A DNA stretch of 64,000 nt from assembly GCA_963706285.1 (NCBI GenBank), contig CAVPLU010000003.1:64001-128000 (forward strand), given 5' to 3'. Origin of the DNA: Candidatus Bathyarchaeota archaeon. Its GTDB lineage: Archaea; Thermoproteota; Bathyarchaeia; 40CM-2-53-6. Positions 30,553-40,922 of the stretch are shown piece after piece (position 1 is the first letter of the stretch; each line of letters starts with the position of its first letter). The translations under genes and the position numbers were made by a program. The notes beneath the pieces were generated by a model, which made no database searches, had not been told where the DNA came from, and saw only the letters and a list, made by a program, of their open reading frames with translations.

Positions 30553-30846
30553 CTAGGGGGCGCTGGTCAAATCGCCCAATTGCTTGTCTTGGAGTTGTCT
30601 AACGAACGCCGCACCGAGAGGGCTCAAGGCAACAAGGTCATCCCTAGCGCTTTTTTTCTTGATAACGAGTCCTCGTGCTTCAAGTCGGTCAAGTCGTGCG
30701 ACAATGACGGTTTTGGGAGCGCTTGGTAGATGGCTTGCAAGATCATGCATGGCCACTGCCTGGGCTCCGAGCGCCTTCAGTCCCCACATTGTCTGGAGTG
30801 TCAGGATTTCCTCGTTTGATAGGTCAGAGTTCATGGCAACTATCAT
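30553..30846 (-). CDS. Small winged-helix protein
   Basis: ARLDRLEARGLV...VALSPLG wHTH pattern. Confidence 0.7.
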   Translation of the reverse strand: MIVAMNSDLSNEEILTLQTMWGLKALGAQAVAMHDLASHLPSAPKTVIVARLDRLEARGLVIKKKSARDDLVALSPLGAAFVRQLQDKQLGDLTSAP

Positions 30847-30956
30847 CCTGAGTGGATGCCCAGATGTTTCTTATGGATTTGGTGCGAAACTCTGGTGTAC
30901 TATTAAGCGAACATTAATATACCTAGCAACATGCGTATGAAACAAGGCAGACCGAG

Positions 30957-31643
30957 ATGGCACCAGGTGAAGACACCGCAGCCTTTCTGGACGCACTGAC
31001 GCGTTCACCTCAACTGAAAGTTCTCAGCGTTCTCGCGGAACGACCACAAGAAGAACTCACCAAGACAGAGATAGCTCAAAAAGCCGGAATCGGTCGGACG
31101 ACCCTCTACAGGGTCTGGGACGACTTGGAGAAGATGAAAGCCGTAGCGCCTTCTCGACACGTTGGAGCAGTCACACTCTACCGCCTAAACCCGCAGAGTT
31201 CAATCGTCCAATCCCTCATGAACATCACGAAGGGTCTCTCATCTGTCACCAGCGCAGTTGGCAGGATCGAAGAGATCAGGGAAGTCGAAAAACTTGCCAG
31301 AGAAGAATTCGGCAAGGACCTGCCTCCAAGCGCAAGCATCCTTGTGAAGCTTCATGGCAGAAATGCCGTTGACGAGTTGACAGCCGTCCAATCATCAGCA
31401 CTGAAGCTATCCAAAGCCGAGACCGAATCGATCGAGAGCCTGGTTGGAGCAGGCTTGGTCGATAGACGTGGCGATAAGTTGAATCTCACAAAAGTGGGTT
31501 CTATTACTGCCCAAGGAGCTTCGAAGATCTGGGGAGAATCACAACGCGAGACTATTCAACAGACACTTGCTTCTGCAAAAGTAGCCTTAGACCTCATCAA
31601 CCAAGAGATCAAGAAGCTTCAAGGAATGGTCCCAAAAGAGTAA
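30957..31643 (+). CDS. Tandem winged-HTH regulator with C-terminal coiled coil
   Basis: ELTKTEIAQKAGIGRTTLYRVW; second SLVGAGLV...LNLTKVG. Confidence 0.75.
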   Translation: MAPGEDTAAFLDALTRSPQLKVLSVLAERPQEELTKTEIAQKAGIGRTTLYRVWDDLEKMKAVAPSRHVGAVTLYRLNPQSSIVQSLMNITKGLSSVTSAVGRIEEIREVEKLAREEFGKDLPPSASILVKLHGRNAVDELTAVQSSALKLSKAETESIESLVGAGLVDRRGDKLNLTKVGSITAQGASKIWGESQRETIQQTLASAKVALDLINQEIKKLQGMVPKE

Positions 31644-31758
31644 TTGCGCCTTCCGCCAACTGATCTCCCAGCATCTCATCGCATCGTCCCAAGTCGGGAC
31701 GATCCAAAGCTTTAATCTACATCGGAGCAACCGACTCACTAGTCTTGGTGTTCCTCGA

Positions 31759-33417
31759 GTGGCGAAGTATGTCTTTGTGACTGGCGGAGTAATGTCTGGC
31801 CTCGGAAAGGGTGTATCTGCGGCCTCCATTGGCAAGATACTACTCACACGGGGAACGAAAGTCAGCGCCCTTAAGATCGATCCATACCTCAATGTCGACG
31901 CAGGAACAATGAATCCTGTTGTGCACGGAGAAGTCTTTGTCACCGAAGATGGTGGCGAGACAGACATGGATCTCGGCACCTATGAGCGATTTCTCGACGT
32001 GAATCTTTCAAAAATGCACAACATCACAACAGGCCAGATCTACCAAACCATCATTGATATGGAAAGAACCGGCTCATTCCTAGGGCAATGTGTTCAGATC
32101 ATCCCCCACGTTACAGACGAGATCAAACGCAGAATACGAAGTGTCGCGGAGTCGAGCAAATCTGAACTGCTGTTGGTTGAAATAGGCGGAACCGTAGGCG
32201 ACATTGAGAGCCTACCATTTCTCGAAGCAGCTCGAGAGATGCGCTTGGAGGACGGTCTCAAGAACGTCGCTTTCGCACATGTTACCTTAGTTCCGGTAGT
32301 AGGAGTCGTCGGTGAGCAGAAGACCAAACCCACACAGCACAGCGTACAAGAATTCAGAAGGATCGGCCTTCAGCCTGACCTAATTATCGCTCGAAGCAGC
32401 AAACCATTGCTGCCCGGCCCACGGAAGAAGATTGCTCTATTCTGCAATGTTGACGAGGCTGCAGTGTTCTCATCGCCCGACTCAAAGAGCGTGTACGAAG
32501 TTCCATCTCTCCTTGAGGATCAGGGGATGGGCGCTTTCCTATGCGAAAGACTTGGACTCGACAAGAAGACTGCAAACTGGGACGAATGGACCAAAATTGT
32601 GCACCGCTTCATAAGCCCGAAGAATGAAATCACTGTTGCAGTATGCGGCAAGTACGCCGAACTAGCGGACTCCTATGTGAGCGTCAACGAAGCTTTGAGA
32701 CATGCTGGAGCAGCTGCGGACGCACGCGTCAATCTGAGCTGGGTTGAGACGGAACAGTTCGAAGGCGAGAACCCCAAGATGGGCGCCTTGGGGACACCGG
32801 ATGGTGTTCTCGTTCCTGGCGGTTTTGGGCAAAGAGGAACCGAAGGAAAAATTAGGGTGATCCGTTACGTACGAGAGAACAACATTCCATTCTTGGGGAT
32901 TTGCCTCGGATTCCAACTTGCAACCGTGGAATTTGCAAGAAGCCTCGGCCTAGAAAACGCAAACAGCACAGAAATTGCGCCCGGGACACAGCATCCGGTA
33001 ATAGATCTAATGCCGGAGCAACGCACTGTTGATTCGAAGGGAGCCACAATGCGCCTGGGCGCTCATGAAATCAGAATTCAGCCAGGTACTCTGGCTGAGC
33101 GTCTGTATGGTCGTCGAAGAGTCTGGGAGAGACACAGACACCGATACGAGGTGAACCCAGACTACATCTCGAAACTCGAGCAGAAGTTTGAGCAGGGGGG
33201 CCTCGTTTTCTCCGGCAGATCCCTAGATGGTCGCCGAATGGAGATCTTAGAACTGCCTTCGCATTACTTCTTCATTGCAACCCAGTTTCATGGCGAATTT
33301 CGTTCCAGGCCGATGTCTCCGTCTCCCCCATACTATGGGCTTGTAAAAGCATCCCTCGACAAGAGACTAGGAAAACCACGCTTTGAACTTGCGAGCGGTG
33401 CCCTCAACACAAAGTAG
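31759..33417 (+). CDS. pyrG: CTP synthase
   Basis: KYVFVTGGVMSGLGKG, KTKPTQHSV, GICLGFQ, ERHRHRYEVN. Confidence 0.97.
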   Translation: MAKYVFVTGGVMSGLGKGVSAASIGKILLTRGTKVSALKIDPYLNVDAGTMNPVVHGEVFVTEDGGETDMDLGTYERFLDVNLSKMHNITTGQIYQTIIDMERTGSFLGQCVQIIPHVTDEIKRRIRSVAESSKSELLLVEIGGTVGDIESLPFLEAAREMRLEDGLKNVAFAHVTLVPVVGVVGEQKTKPTQHSVQEFRRIGLQPDLIIARSSKPLLPGPRKKIALFCNVDEAAVFSSPDSKSVYEVPSLLEDQGMGAFLCERLGLDKKTANWDEWTKIVHRFISPKNEITVAVCGKYAELADSYVSVNEALRHAGAAADARVNLSWVETEQFEGENPKMGALGTPDGVLVPGGFGQRGTEGKIRVIRYVRENNIPFLGICLGFQLATVEFARSLGLENANSTEIAPGTQHPVIDLMPEQRTVDSKGATMRLGAHEIRIQPGTLAERLYGRRRVWERHRHRYEVNPDYISKLEQKFEQGGLVFSGRSLDGRRMEILELPSHYFFIATQFHGEFRSRPMSPSPPYYGLVKASLDKRLGKPRFELASGALNTK

Positions 33418-33467
33418 TAGCAATGGACGCGGATGCCACTATGCGAAGATTGAGCGGTCCATAGAAG

Positions 33468-34403
33468 ATGTCTGCCGCACAGATCGGTGGGCTCTTCCGC
33501 TCACTTCAACCGTCAGATCTGCGCATTCTGCTTGGCACAGAGCTCGGTATGACAAGTCGTGAGTATGTCCCCATCTCACGAATAGTGCGATACGCGAATC
33601 TCTTGGAAGAGGAAGTCGGAAAGCGTCTTCCAGATCTGGTGGACAAGCGTCTCCTCGCATCGGGCAACATGCAAGAAATGGGATATGCTGGTTTCCGACT
33701 GACGTTCTTTGGTTATGACTGCTTGGCCCTGAACGCCCTAGTCAAAGGAGACATCGTAGAAGCGCTCGGCGCCCCGCTCGGATTGGGAAAAGAGTCCGAT
33801 GTCTACGACGCCATAGGCGCGAAGGGTGTCAGGGTCGCTCTGAAGTTTCACCGTCTAGGTAGGATAAGCTTTCGTCAGACTAGACGTACGCGAGAATATG
33901 TAGCTGACAGGGCTCACACATCTTGGATATATCAAGCGAGAATGGCTGCGACACGTGAGTTTGCAGCTATGAAACGTGCACGTCGCGTTGGCGTTCCAGT
34001 ACCGAAGCCGATCGGTCAGAATAGGCATCTCGTCGCGATGGCCATGTTCGAAGGATCGGAGCTCTCAAAAGTCAGCATCCTGCCTCAGCCAACAATCACA
34101 CTGCGGCGCATGATCACCAAATTGAGGCTCTTATTCAGTGACGCACGCCTTGTTCACGGCGACCTGAGCGAGTACAACATCCTAATTGGCAACACAGGAA
34201 AGTTCGTATTCATTGACTGGCCTCAGAGTGTCGCGACAAATGATCCGAGCGCCAACGAGCTCCTTACGCGCGATATCTCAAATCTCGTCAACTTTTTTGC
34301 GCGAAGGTACAGCGTCTTCGTTCCTGTCGAAGAAGCGTTAGACTTCGTGAGAGGCAAGACAAGAACTCTTGGCCGAATCCGAACAAAGAAACCGATCGCT
34401 TAG
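33468..34403 (+). CDS. rio2: RIO2-family kinase
   Basis: N-terminal wHTH, GYDCLAL, GLGKESDVY, KFHRLGRISF, HGDLSEYN, IDWPQ. Confidence 0.93.
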   Translation: MSAAQIGGLFRSLQPSDLRILLGTELGMTSREYVPISRIVRYANLLEEEVGKRLPDLVDKRLLASGNMQEMGYAGFRLTFFGYDCLALNALVKGDIVEALGAPLGLGKESDVYDAIGAKGVRVALKFHRLGRISFRQTRRTREYVADRAHTSWIYQARMAATREFAAMKRARRVGVPVPKPIGQNRHLVAMAMFEGSELSKVSILPQPTITLRRMITKLRLLFSDARLVHGDLSEYNILIGNTGKFVFIDWPQSVATNDPSANELLTRDISNLVNFFARRYSVFVPVEEALDFVRGKTRTLGRIRTKKPIA

Positions 34404-35239
34404 CCTTTGTCGAGAAAACCAAATGCACCGACCGAGGCGGGGATCACTACCGATCCCAGCCTTGCATAACTCATCACGAAACCCTTCCTTTCAACTCGGA
34501 AACCGAGGCGTGCAGCAGCCTCGACAACTTCCAAGCCCGATTCAGGAACCGCCATCTCAAGCGGCCATTTGTTCGTCAAAGCGATAGAAGATCTCAGAAG
34601 CTTTCCAGTGTCTTCTTGATTCATGTGTTCGCAAATCAAAGGACCAATTTCAGAACTATCCTGGTACTGCTTCACAAGTGCGTAGCCCGATACTCCTGCG
34701 CTATTGGTGACCCAAGCCCAATGCTTCGGGAATTCATGGTAAAGGCGCCTGAGGAGTGTACTTCTGTCTGCTCCGAATGCACGCTTGTCGAGGTCAAGGA
34801 TATGACGAAAAGGAACCCTTCCAATTCCCTCCGTCGAGTCTACAGTGCCATGAGGTGCTGACAACCTGTCGAAGCTGCCTGTCGTTTCGAACTCTAGCCG
34901 TTTGTACATTGCCTCGTTCTCCGGATAGGAGAACAATCCAATCTTCCTAACGCGCATGCGGAGAAGATGCCTAATGGCTGATTTCACCAGACTGCTACCA
35001 ATTCCAGCACCGCGGTGTTGCTTGCTGACCACGACATTTCCAATCCAACCTACACTTCTCCCGTAAGCAGCAGTGGTCGTAAGGCCGATAGGTATGCCAC
35101 TTACGGTGGCGACAAAGCAGCCTTTTGGTTGTAGTGCTTTCATTCTTCTCAGGTCAGGTGTCCCAAAACCCCACTCTTCCTCGTTTGTCAATTCAATTAT
35201 CGATGGGAAGTCGCTCTTCTTGATGAGCCGGATTCGCAT
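34400..35239 (-). CDS. GNAT-family acetyltransferase (YitH-like two-domain)
   Basis: GWIGNVVVSKQHRGAGIG; D.RAFGADR; IGPL. Confidence 0.88.
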   Translation of the reverse strand: MRIRLIKKSDFPSIIELTNEEEWGFGTPDLRRMKALQPKGCFVATVSGIPIGLTTTAAYGRSVGWIGNVVVSKQHRGAGIGSSLVKSAIRHLLRMRVRKIGLFSYPENEAMYKRLEFETTGSFDRLSAPHGTVDSTEGIGRVPFRHILDLDKRAFGADRSTLLRRLYHEFPKHWAWVTNSAGVSGYALVKQYQDSSEIGPLICEHMNQEDTGKLLRSSIALTNKWPLEMAVPESGLEVVEAAARLGFRVERKGFVMSYARLGSVVIPASVGAFGFLDKG

Positions 35240-35257
35240 GTGTCGGTCGCCAATCTA

Positions 35258-36560
35258 CTATGGGCGGATCCTGTTCATCAGCCGAGGAAAAGCTGATGCG
35301 TCGCGAATGTGCTTCAGTTTGCAGATCCAGGCGACAGCTCGCTCAATTCCCATGCCGAATCCTGAATGGGGTATCGTGCCGTACTTTCTCAGGTCCAGAT
35401 ACCACGAATAATTCTCTGGGTTCAGGTGTTCCTCGTTTATTCGTTGCATGAGTTGGTCATAGTCGTGGATGCGCTGTCCTCCGCCGGTAATCTCGCCATA
35501 GCCTTCAGGCGCGAGGAGATCCACTGAAAGTGTGACTTCCGGGCGTGTTGGGTCAGGCATGTGATAAAATGCTTTGACGCCTTTCGGGTAATGTGTCACG
35601 AAGAACGGTGTGGAGAAATCCTTCGTCAAGATCTTCTCTTGATTGTACCCCAGGTCCGTCCCCCATTCGAACGACGAATCAGATTTCCGGATCAATTCCA
35701 CTGCTCTATCATAGGTGATGGTTGGAAAATGCGGTTTTAGGGTTGCCAACTCGTCTGGGTTCCGTCCCACTTCTTTGAGTTCATCAGAGAGCCCGGGATG
35801 CTACCTGGTGACAGATATGCAAGAGTAGTTCCTCTTCGACTCTGATGAGGCCTGCGAGGTCAAGCCATGGTTCTTCGAGTTCTAGATGCCAATACTCCGT
35901 CAAGTGGCGTCTTGTCCTTGACTTCTCGGCGCGGAAGGATGGTGCTAGCGTGTAGATCTTGCCTAGGCTTGCGATCATCGCTTCAGCGTAGAGTTGCCAG
36001 CTCTGAGTTAGGTATGCCTTCTCATCGAAGTACTTGACCTCGAACAGGGTTGAGCCACCCTCGACAGCTGCTGAGACAAGGGTCGGAACCTGAACCTCCA
36101 AATATCCGTGATCTTTCAGCCAACTTCGGGCTTCCTCTATCAAAATGGCCCTCAATCGAAGAATTGTCTGCATCTTCTTGCTGCGGATCCAGAAATGGCG
36201 ATTGTCTAAGAGGAACTCAGGTCCATGATACTTCTTGGCAATCGGAAAGTCCTCATGTGAACGCTGGAGCACCTGCAAATCTTTGATTCGGAGCTCGTAT
36301 CCACGAGGAGCCCGCGGATCTCTTGCGACTTCTCCCTCCACCTCCAGGGTAGACTCTAGTGGGAGTGTCTCAATCTCGGTGAACTTCTCCCCAAGTTGGT
36401 CTCTCTTTGCGGTGCACTGCAGAAAGCCCGTGCCGTCCCTTAAGATGAGGAACAGGATCCCTCCACTCGAACGTTTGTTGTGCAACCATCCCCTCAGCCT
36501 AACTCGAGTTGAATCTGTGCCTCCTGTGAGAATTTCTCGAACTGCGACAAGATCGGTCAT
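35258..36560 (-). CDS. asnS: Asparaginyl-tRNA synthetase (frameshift ~35790)
   Basis: OB fold, AYLTQSWQLY, SFRAEKSRTRRHLTEYW, GEITGGGQR, PHSGFGMGIER. Confidence 0.93.
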
Positions 36561-36864
36561 ACTAATGCCTCTTCACTGTGAAGTAGACGCGATCGCAAGG
36601 TAGCGCCAGAAAGTAACGAGATCTAGTACGAATTAAAGCGCTCACCCATCATTGCGCCCACCAGGAAACACTTCCAGACCAGATGATATTTAAACGGTGG
36701 CATGCAGGAAACGGATCGCCTAAGAATTCCCATTTTCATCAGGAGAACAGGAACGTACGTTTTCTACCTCCAGTTGTGCGAGCTATTTTCTCGCGAGCTT
36801 CCTCCGAGAGAACTCTTTTAATGTTCACAGACAGACTACCGGTCCTACGTTCTAACAAGTCTCT

Positions 36865-37236
36865 TTGACAGGTGATTTCGTGTTCAGAATAAGAGTCGAG
36901 GATGACTTCGACGCTTCGCATATCATTCCAGGGCATCCGGGCAAATGCAAGAACCTTCATGGTCATACATACCGAGTCGAAGTGTTCGTGAAAGGTGACA
37001 AGTTAGACAAGAATGACATCCTAGAAGGCGCAGACTTCACCATATTGAAAAAGAACCTAGCTGATCTCATAACAAAGTACGACCACAAGCATTTGAACGA
37101 CATAATCGATGGAAACCCAACTGCCGAGAACATCGCTTTGACTATCTTCCGTGAACTACGGGCGCTAGCGACAGAGGGGTTAGAGAAGGTCCGCGTATGG
37201 GAATCTCCAAGGAGCTATGCTGAGTATTGGGAATGA
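36865..37236 (+). CDS. queD: 6-carboxy-tetrahydropterin synthase
   Basis: FDASH..PGHPGKCKNLHGHTY, DHKHLN, NPTAEN, VWES. Confidence 0.92.
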   Translation: MTGDFVFRIRVEDDFDASHIIPGHPGKCKNLHGHTYRVEVFVKGDKLDKNDILEGADFTILKKNLADLITKYDHKHLNDIIDGNPTAENIALTIFRELRALATEGLEKVRVWESPRSYAEYWE

Positions 37237-37805
37237 GATCCGAAAAAGATGATCGACTGCCAGCGATTGAGGAGCACGTGCGTGAAATCCTCAAGATAAT
37301 CAAAGTTGACCTGAATGCCCAACAATTTCGTGACACGCCTGGAAGAATCGCGAGAATGGCTCTCGAGCTGCTCGCAGGGATGGACAAGAGGAACGAACCG
37401 AAACTTACTCTATTCAGGAATGCCGGGTACAGGGACATTTTGATTGTGAAGGAGATACCTTTCTATTCACTTTGCGCTCACCACTCGTTGCCCATGTTCG
37501 GTCACGTTTCAATTGCGTATATTCCAGGCAGTAAGATAGTGGGGTTGTCAAAGCTGCCTCGCGTGGTGAAGTTCTTCTCGGCGCGACTGCAGGTCCAGGA
37601 AGATTTTACGAAAGAACTGGCTGACTACCTCCATCGGAAGCTCGGAGCAAAGGGAGTATTCGTTATCGTCAAAGCCCGGCACTTGTGCATGGAGATGCGA
37701 GGCGCGAAAACTCATGACGCGGAGACCGTATCCAGCGCGGTGCGCGGAGTCTTCGACACTCGCGCGTCAACGAAGGCAGAAGCGCTAAGACTGATGACGG
37801 CTTGA
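37233..37805 (+). CDS. folE: GTP cyclohydrolase I (type IA)
   Basis: DTPGRIA, SLCAHH, GLSKLPR, RLQVQE, HLCMEMRG. Confidence 0.94.
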   Translation: MRSEKDDRLPAIEEHVREILKIIKVDLNAQQFRDTPGRIARMALELLAGMDKRNEPKLTLFRNAGYRDILIVKEIPFYSLCAHHSLPMFGHVSIAYIPGSKIVGLSKLPRVVKFFSARLQVQEDFTKELADYLHRKLGAKGVFVIVKARHLCMEMRGAKTHDAETVSSAVRGVFDTRASTKAEALRLMTA

Positions 37806-38443
37806 CCAAAGACGGTGCTATCGTCCTACTGTCGGGCGGATTGGATTCCGCGGCAGCTCTTTGGTGGGCGAAGAAAAGATGGAATACCTATGCTTTGACA
37901 TTCAGGTATGGACAACTGAACTCAAACGAAGTGAAATCAGCGACGAGGCTCGCGGAAAAAGCAGAGGTCGCTCATCATTTCGTGGTTGATGTAGGCTTCC
38001 TTAAGCAAGTATCGGAATTGAGAAAACGGTTGGCAGGTCAAGGGCTCGACCTGAGACGGTTTCCCCCAACATACGTGCCTAGTCGAAACACGGTCTACTT
38101 GGGCATAGCTGCACACTACGCGGAGGTCTATGATCTAGGACACATAGTTACGGGTCACCTTGGGCGTGATCCGTTTCCCGATTCCAAGCCGTCATACATT
38201 AGGGCAATGAACGACGCGCTCACTCAAGGTAGTTGGCTTCGAAAGAAACATAGCATCAGAATCACGACACCCTTCGCACGATCAACTAAAGAAGAAGTTG
38301 TCAGGCTTGCCCTCAAGCTTGATGTGCCTTTGAACTTGACGTGGAGCTGCCACAGGAATCGGAAGAGACCCTGTGGGAAATGTCAGGGCTGTCTAGACAG
38401 ATCAAGAGCTCTCAGTATGTCTGAATTAGCTGCTATGCGATGA
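37802..38443 (+). CDS. queC: 7-cyano-7-deazaguanine synthase
   Basis: LLSGGLDS, YGQ, TYVPSRN, TWSC...PCGKCQGC..R. Confidence 0.92.
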   Translation: MTKDGAIVLLSGGLDSAAALWWAKKRWNTYALTFRYGQLNSNEVKSATRLAEKAEVAHHFVVDVGFLKQVSELRKRLAGQGLDLRRFPPTYVPSRNTVYLGIAAHYAEVYDLGHIVTGHLGRDPFPDSKPSYIRAMNDALTQGSWLRKKHSIRITTPFARSTKEEVVRLALKLDVPLNLTWSCHRNRKRPCGKCQGCLDRSRALSMSELAAMR

Positions 38444-38464
38444 ATTCTGCTCCCGCATCAGGTC

Positions 38465-39223
38465 CTATCTCATTACTGTGCCACCGTCAACAACTATGAT
38501 CTGGCCGTTGACGGCCGAGCCTGAGTCCGAGGCGAGGAACGCAATTACGTTCGCTACCTCCTCCGGCTCGATTAGCCTTTGAAGGGGCGATTCCATCTCA
38601 TATTCCGTTCTCTCTTGGTTTGAGAGTCCGTCCAACCATTTCGTCCTAACGTTCCCGGGCGCCACCGCGTTGGCACGAACGTATGGTTTGTACTCTAGGG
38701 CTGTGCTCTTCACCAACGCTCCTATACCTGACTTTGCCACCGAGAATAGTCCCCCTCGGTCGTGTCCAGAGAATACTGGGGAAGAGCACATCAGAACAAT
38801 CGAGCCCTTCTTCTGCTTGACCATTTGAGGGACTATGAACTTGCACAAATAGAACGTTCCCTTCAGATCGTTGTCGAGAACAGATTTCCAGTCATCTTCA
38901 GTCACTTCGATCATCTTCTTCTCCCAAATCTCAGCGGACCAGAAACCGTGCACCGCGATCAAACAGTCTATTCTGCCGAATCTATCTTTGGATTCCAGAA
39001 CAAACCTGCGAACGTCGTCTTGATTTGTCACATCAATAGGCAGACTAAGCGTCTCCGCACCAAGCTCTTCACACTCTTTTGAAATCCCCCTGGCTCTTTC
39101 TGCTCCAGAATGATACCCGAGAGCGAGTCTGGCGCCCTCGCTTGCTAGGAGTCTTGCCGTGGCGCTACCTATCCCACCAGTGGCGCCCGTGATGACCGCG
39201 ACCTTTCCCTCGAATTGCCTCAT
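38465..39223 (-). CDS. SDR-family oxidoreductase
   Basis: ITGATGGIG, NAVAPG, GQIIVVDGG; catalytic YxxxK appears as FSVAK. Confidence 0.88.
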   Translation of the reverse strand: MRQFEGKVAVITGATGGIGSATARLLASEGARLALGYHSGAERARGISKECEELGAETLSLPIDVTNQDDVRRFVLESKDRFGRIDCLIAVHGFWSAEIWEKKMIEVTEDDWKSVLDNDLKGTFYLCKFIVPQMVKQKKGSIVLMCSSPVFSGHDRGGLFSVAKSGIGALVKSTALEYKPYVRANAVAPGNVRTKWLDGLSNQERTEYEMESPLQRLIEPEEVANVIAFLASDSGSAVNGQIIVVDGGTVMR

Positions 39224-39350
39224 AGCAGAATCCGCCCTTCTGTCATCAAGATCAACCTAAAATCTTCTGCAGACTGAGATATGATATCTGCTACCGGTCC
39301 GCCTTCACAGTTTTCGTGATGCGCTCTGTTTTTAGCTCGAAAGCGCAGAC

Positions 39351-39956
39351 ATGGTAGCGTGCGAGTGGCCCGAATTGTCCAAGGAAGAGGATTCCGATCT
39401 GAAGCGCCTCGCTGAGATGAAAGCATACCTCGAAAAGAAGATCTCGGAGTCGGAACGTGAGACTGAACGATTGAGATCGTTTCTTCAGGCTGTGGACTCG
39501 ATTCTCGCAGAGAAAAGCTTCAGACGTGTGAGAATCCCCGTGGAGACTGAAGCGACTTCCGCGCCGGAAGCCCCTGAATCAAAGGAAAGACTGGCGAGCG
39601 AGGTTTGGCCAATAACTACCCCCGAAGGGGTCCATTTGGCAGATCTACAGATCACCGACTCTGAGCTCGCTCTTATTCCAGACTCGAAAATCAGGTACGA
39701 AGTCGCGTCTCCGCCTCTGCGAGCTTTCTTCATAGCACGCGTCTTGGATCCAATGCATACGAAAGACGAAGAATCGCTTAAAGCGGGTCAACTAGTTGCC
39801 GACAAGGTCTTGACATATGAGATATCAGATGACGGTGGTGCCTTGAAATCTCTTCGAGTACGCAACTACGGGGACCAAAGAAGACTCACAGAACTACGCA
39901 ATGCCATCCGGTGGACTGTACGTCGCATGTACGAGAAGACCCTCCAGGCACATTGA
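39351..39956 (+). CDS. Hypothetical archaeal protein with N-terminal coiled coil
   Basis: 201-aa ORF, LAEKSF, PPLRAFF..RVL, RWTVRRMYEK. Confidence 0.75.
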   Translation: MVACEWPELSKEEDSDLKRLAEMKAYLEKKISESERETERLRSFLQAVDSILAEKSFRRVRIPVETEATSAPEAPESKERLASEVWPITTPEGVHLADLQITDSELALIPDSKIRYEVASPPLRAFFIARVLDPMHTKDEESLKAGQLVADKVLTYEISDDGGALKSLRVRNYGDQRRLTELRNAIRWTVRRMYEKTLQAH

Positions 39957-40429
39957 CTGTGTTCCTTTAGAAATTGAGGCTGCAACCAGGGTGATTTCAT
40001 CTTGTCAACTATGAAGGGTCTGCACTGCAAAGACGAACCAAGTCGATTCAAGCATCGAAGTTTTGCCGCTCAAATACCCTAGGTGATCTCATCTTTAGTC
40101 ATATCTGAGAGTGCTATCATCGCGGCAATTATCAAGAAGACAAGTACCATATTGAAGGTTACGAATGACGAATCTCCAAACCGCTCAATAGTCTCTGGAG
40201 ACCCCGGGGCCGTGGGCTAGGCAATGTTGACTGAGTCTGTACTTCCCCTAGGTTGGCGATCAGTATGAGTCGAAGCGATGCCTGTGTTCGGTTTTGGAAG
40301 CGGCTTCGGGGTTGCGAGAGACATTTCGGTTAGAATGTTTCCGTGAAATGTGATCGACTAGAGAGTCACCGCAGATGCCGTCCTCGAGTCACAGCACATC
40401 CATGTGCCGTATAGGTTGTTCATGCTCCG

Positions 40430-40564
40430 ATGAGCTTGGCGTCGATGTGCTCGCTCCAAAAGCAGTACTGCCCCGTTTGTGACTCGAGCGATGTACAAGA
40501 AGATGCCCTGAACCTATTCCGATGCTACTCCTGCGGCAATGTCTGGGCAATCGATCTAGCTTAG
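40430..40564 (+). CDS. 44-aa zinc-ribbon micro-protein (missing from the ORF track)
   Basis: MSLASMCSLQKQYCPVCDSSDVQEDALNLFRCYSCGNVWAIDLA. Confidence 0.7.
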   Translation: MSLASMCSLQKQYCPVCDSSDVQEDALNLFRCYSCGNVWAIDLA

Positions 40565-40922
40565 ATCAGTCGACCTTCTCAAAGCTCCAAATGGCCGAGA
40601 CCAACCACAAGTCGGTTTCCTCTTTCCCAAGGATGCAGAGTTGCGCACTACGTCTTATTTGCGAGACAGATCAAGACAAGATACACAGACTAAAACGGTT
40701 TAGATTTCCAGACACGAGTGCATTGCTGACTGCGATACAATTGAGGACTGGGGTTGGCTAACAGGACTGATCCTACAAGAATTGGGTAGAGCTATTCTAT
40801 TTGAAGGATTCTCGATCTCAAGATTACTCGAGGCCCCACCCATTCATCTATGAGTGTGCGGTGGTTGGCTCCACCTTCTAGTGTGAACTCTCTCCAGCAA
40901 GCATGTTGCATACCTGTTATCA

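Noticed and set aside
36636-36670. Partial similarity (CACCC..TTGCGC.CA.CA..AAAC) to the queT leader upstream of queD
   Set aside because: It overlaps the asnS promoter and lies upstream of the likely que TATA boxes, so it is probably not in the que transcript; the match is short and gapped.
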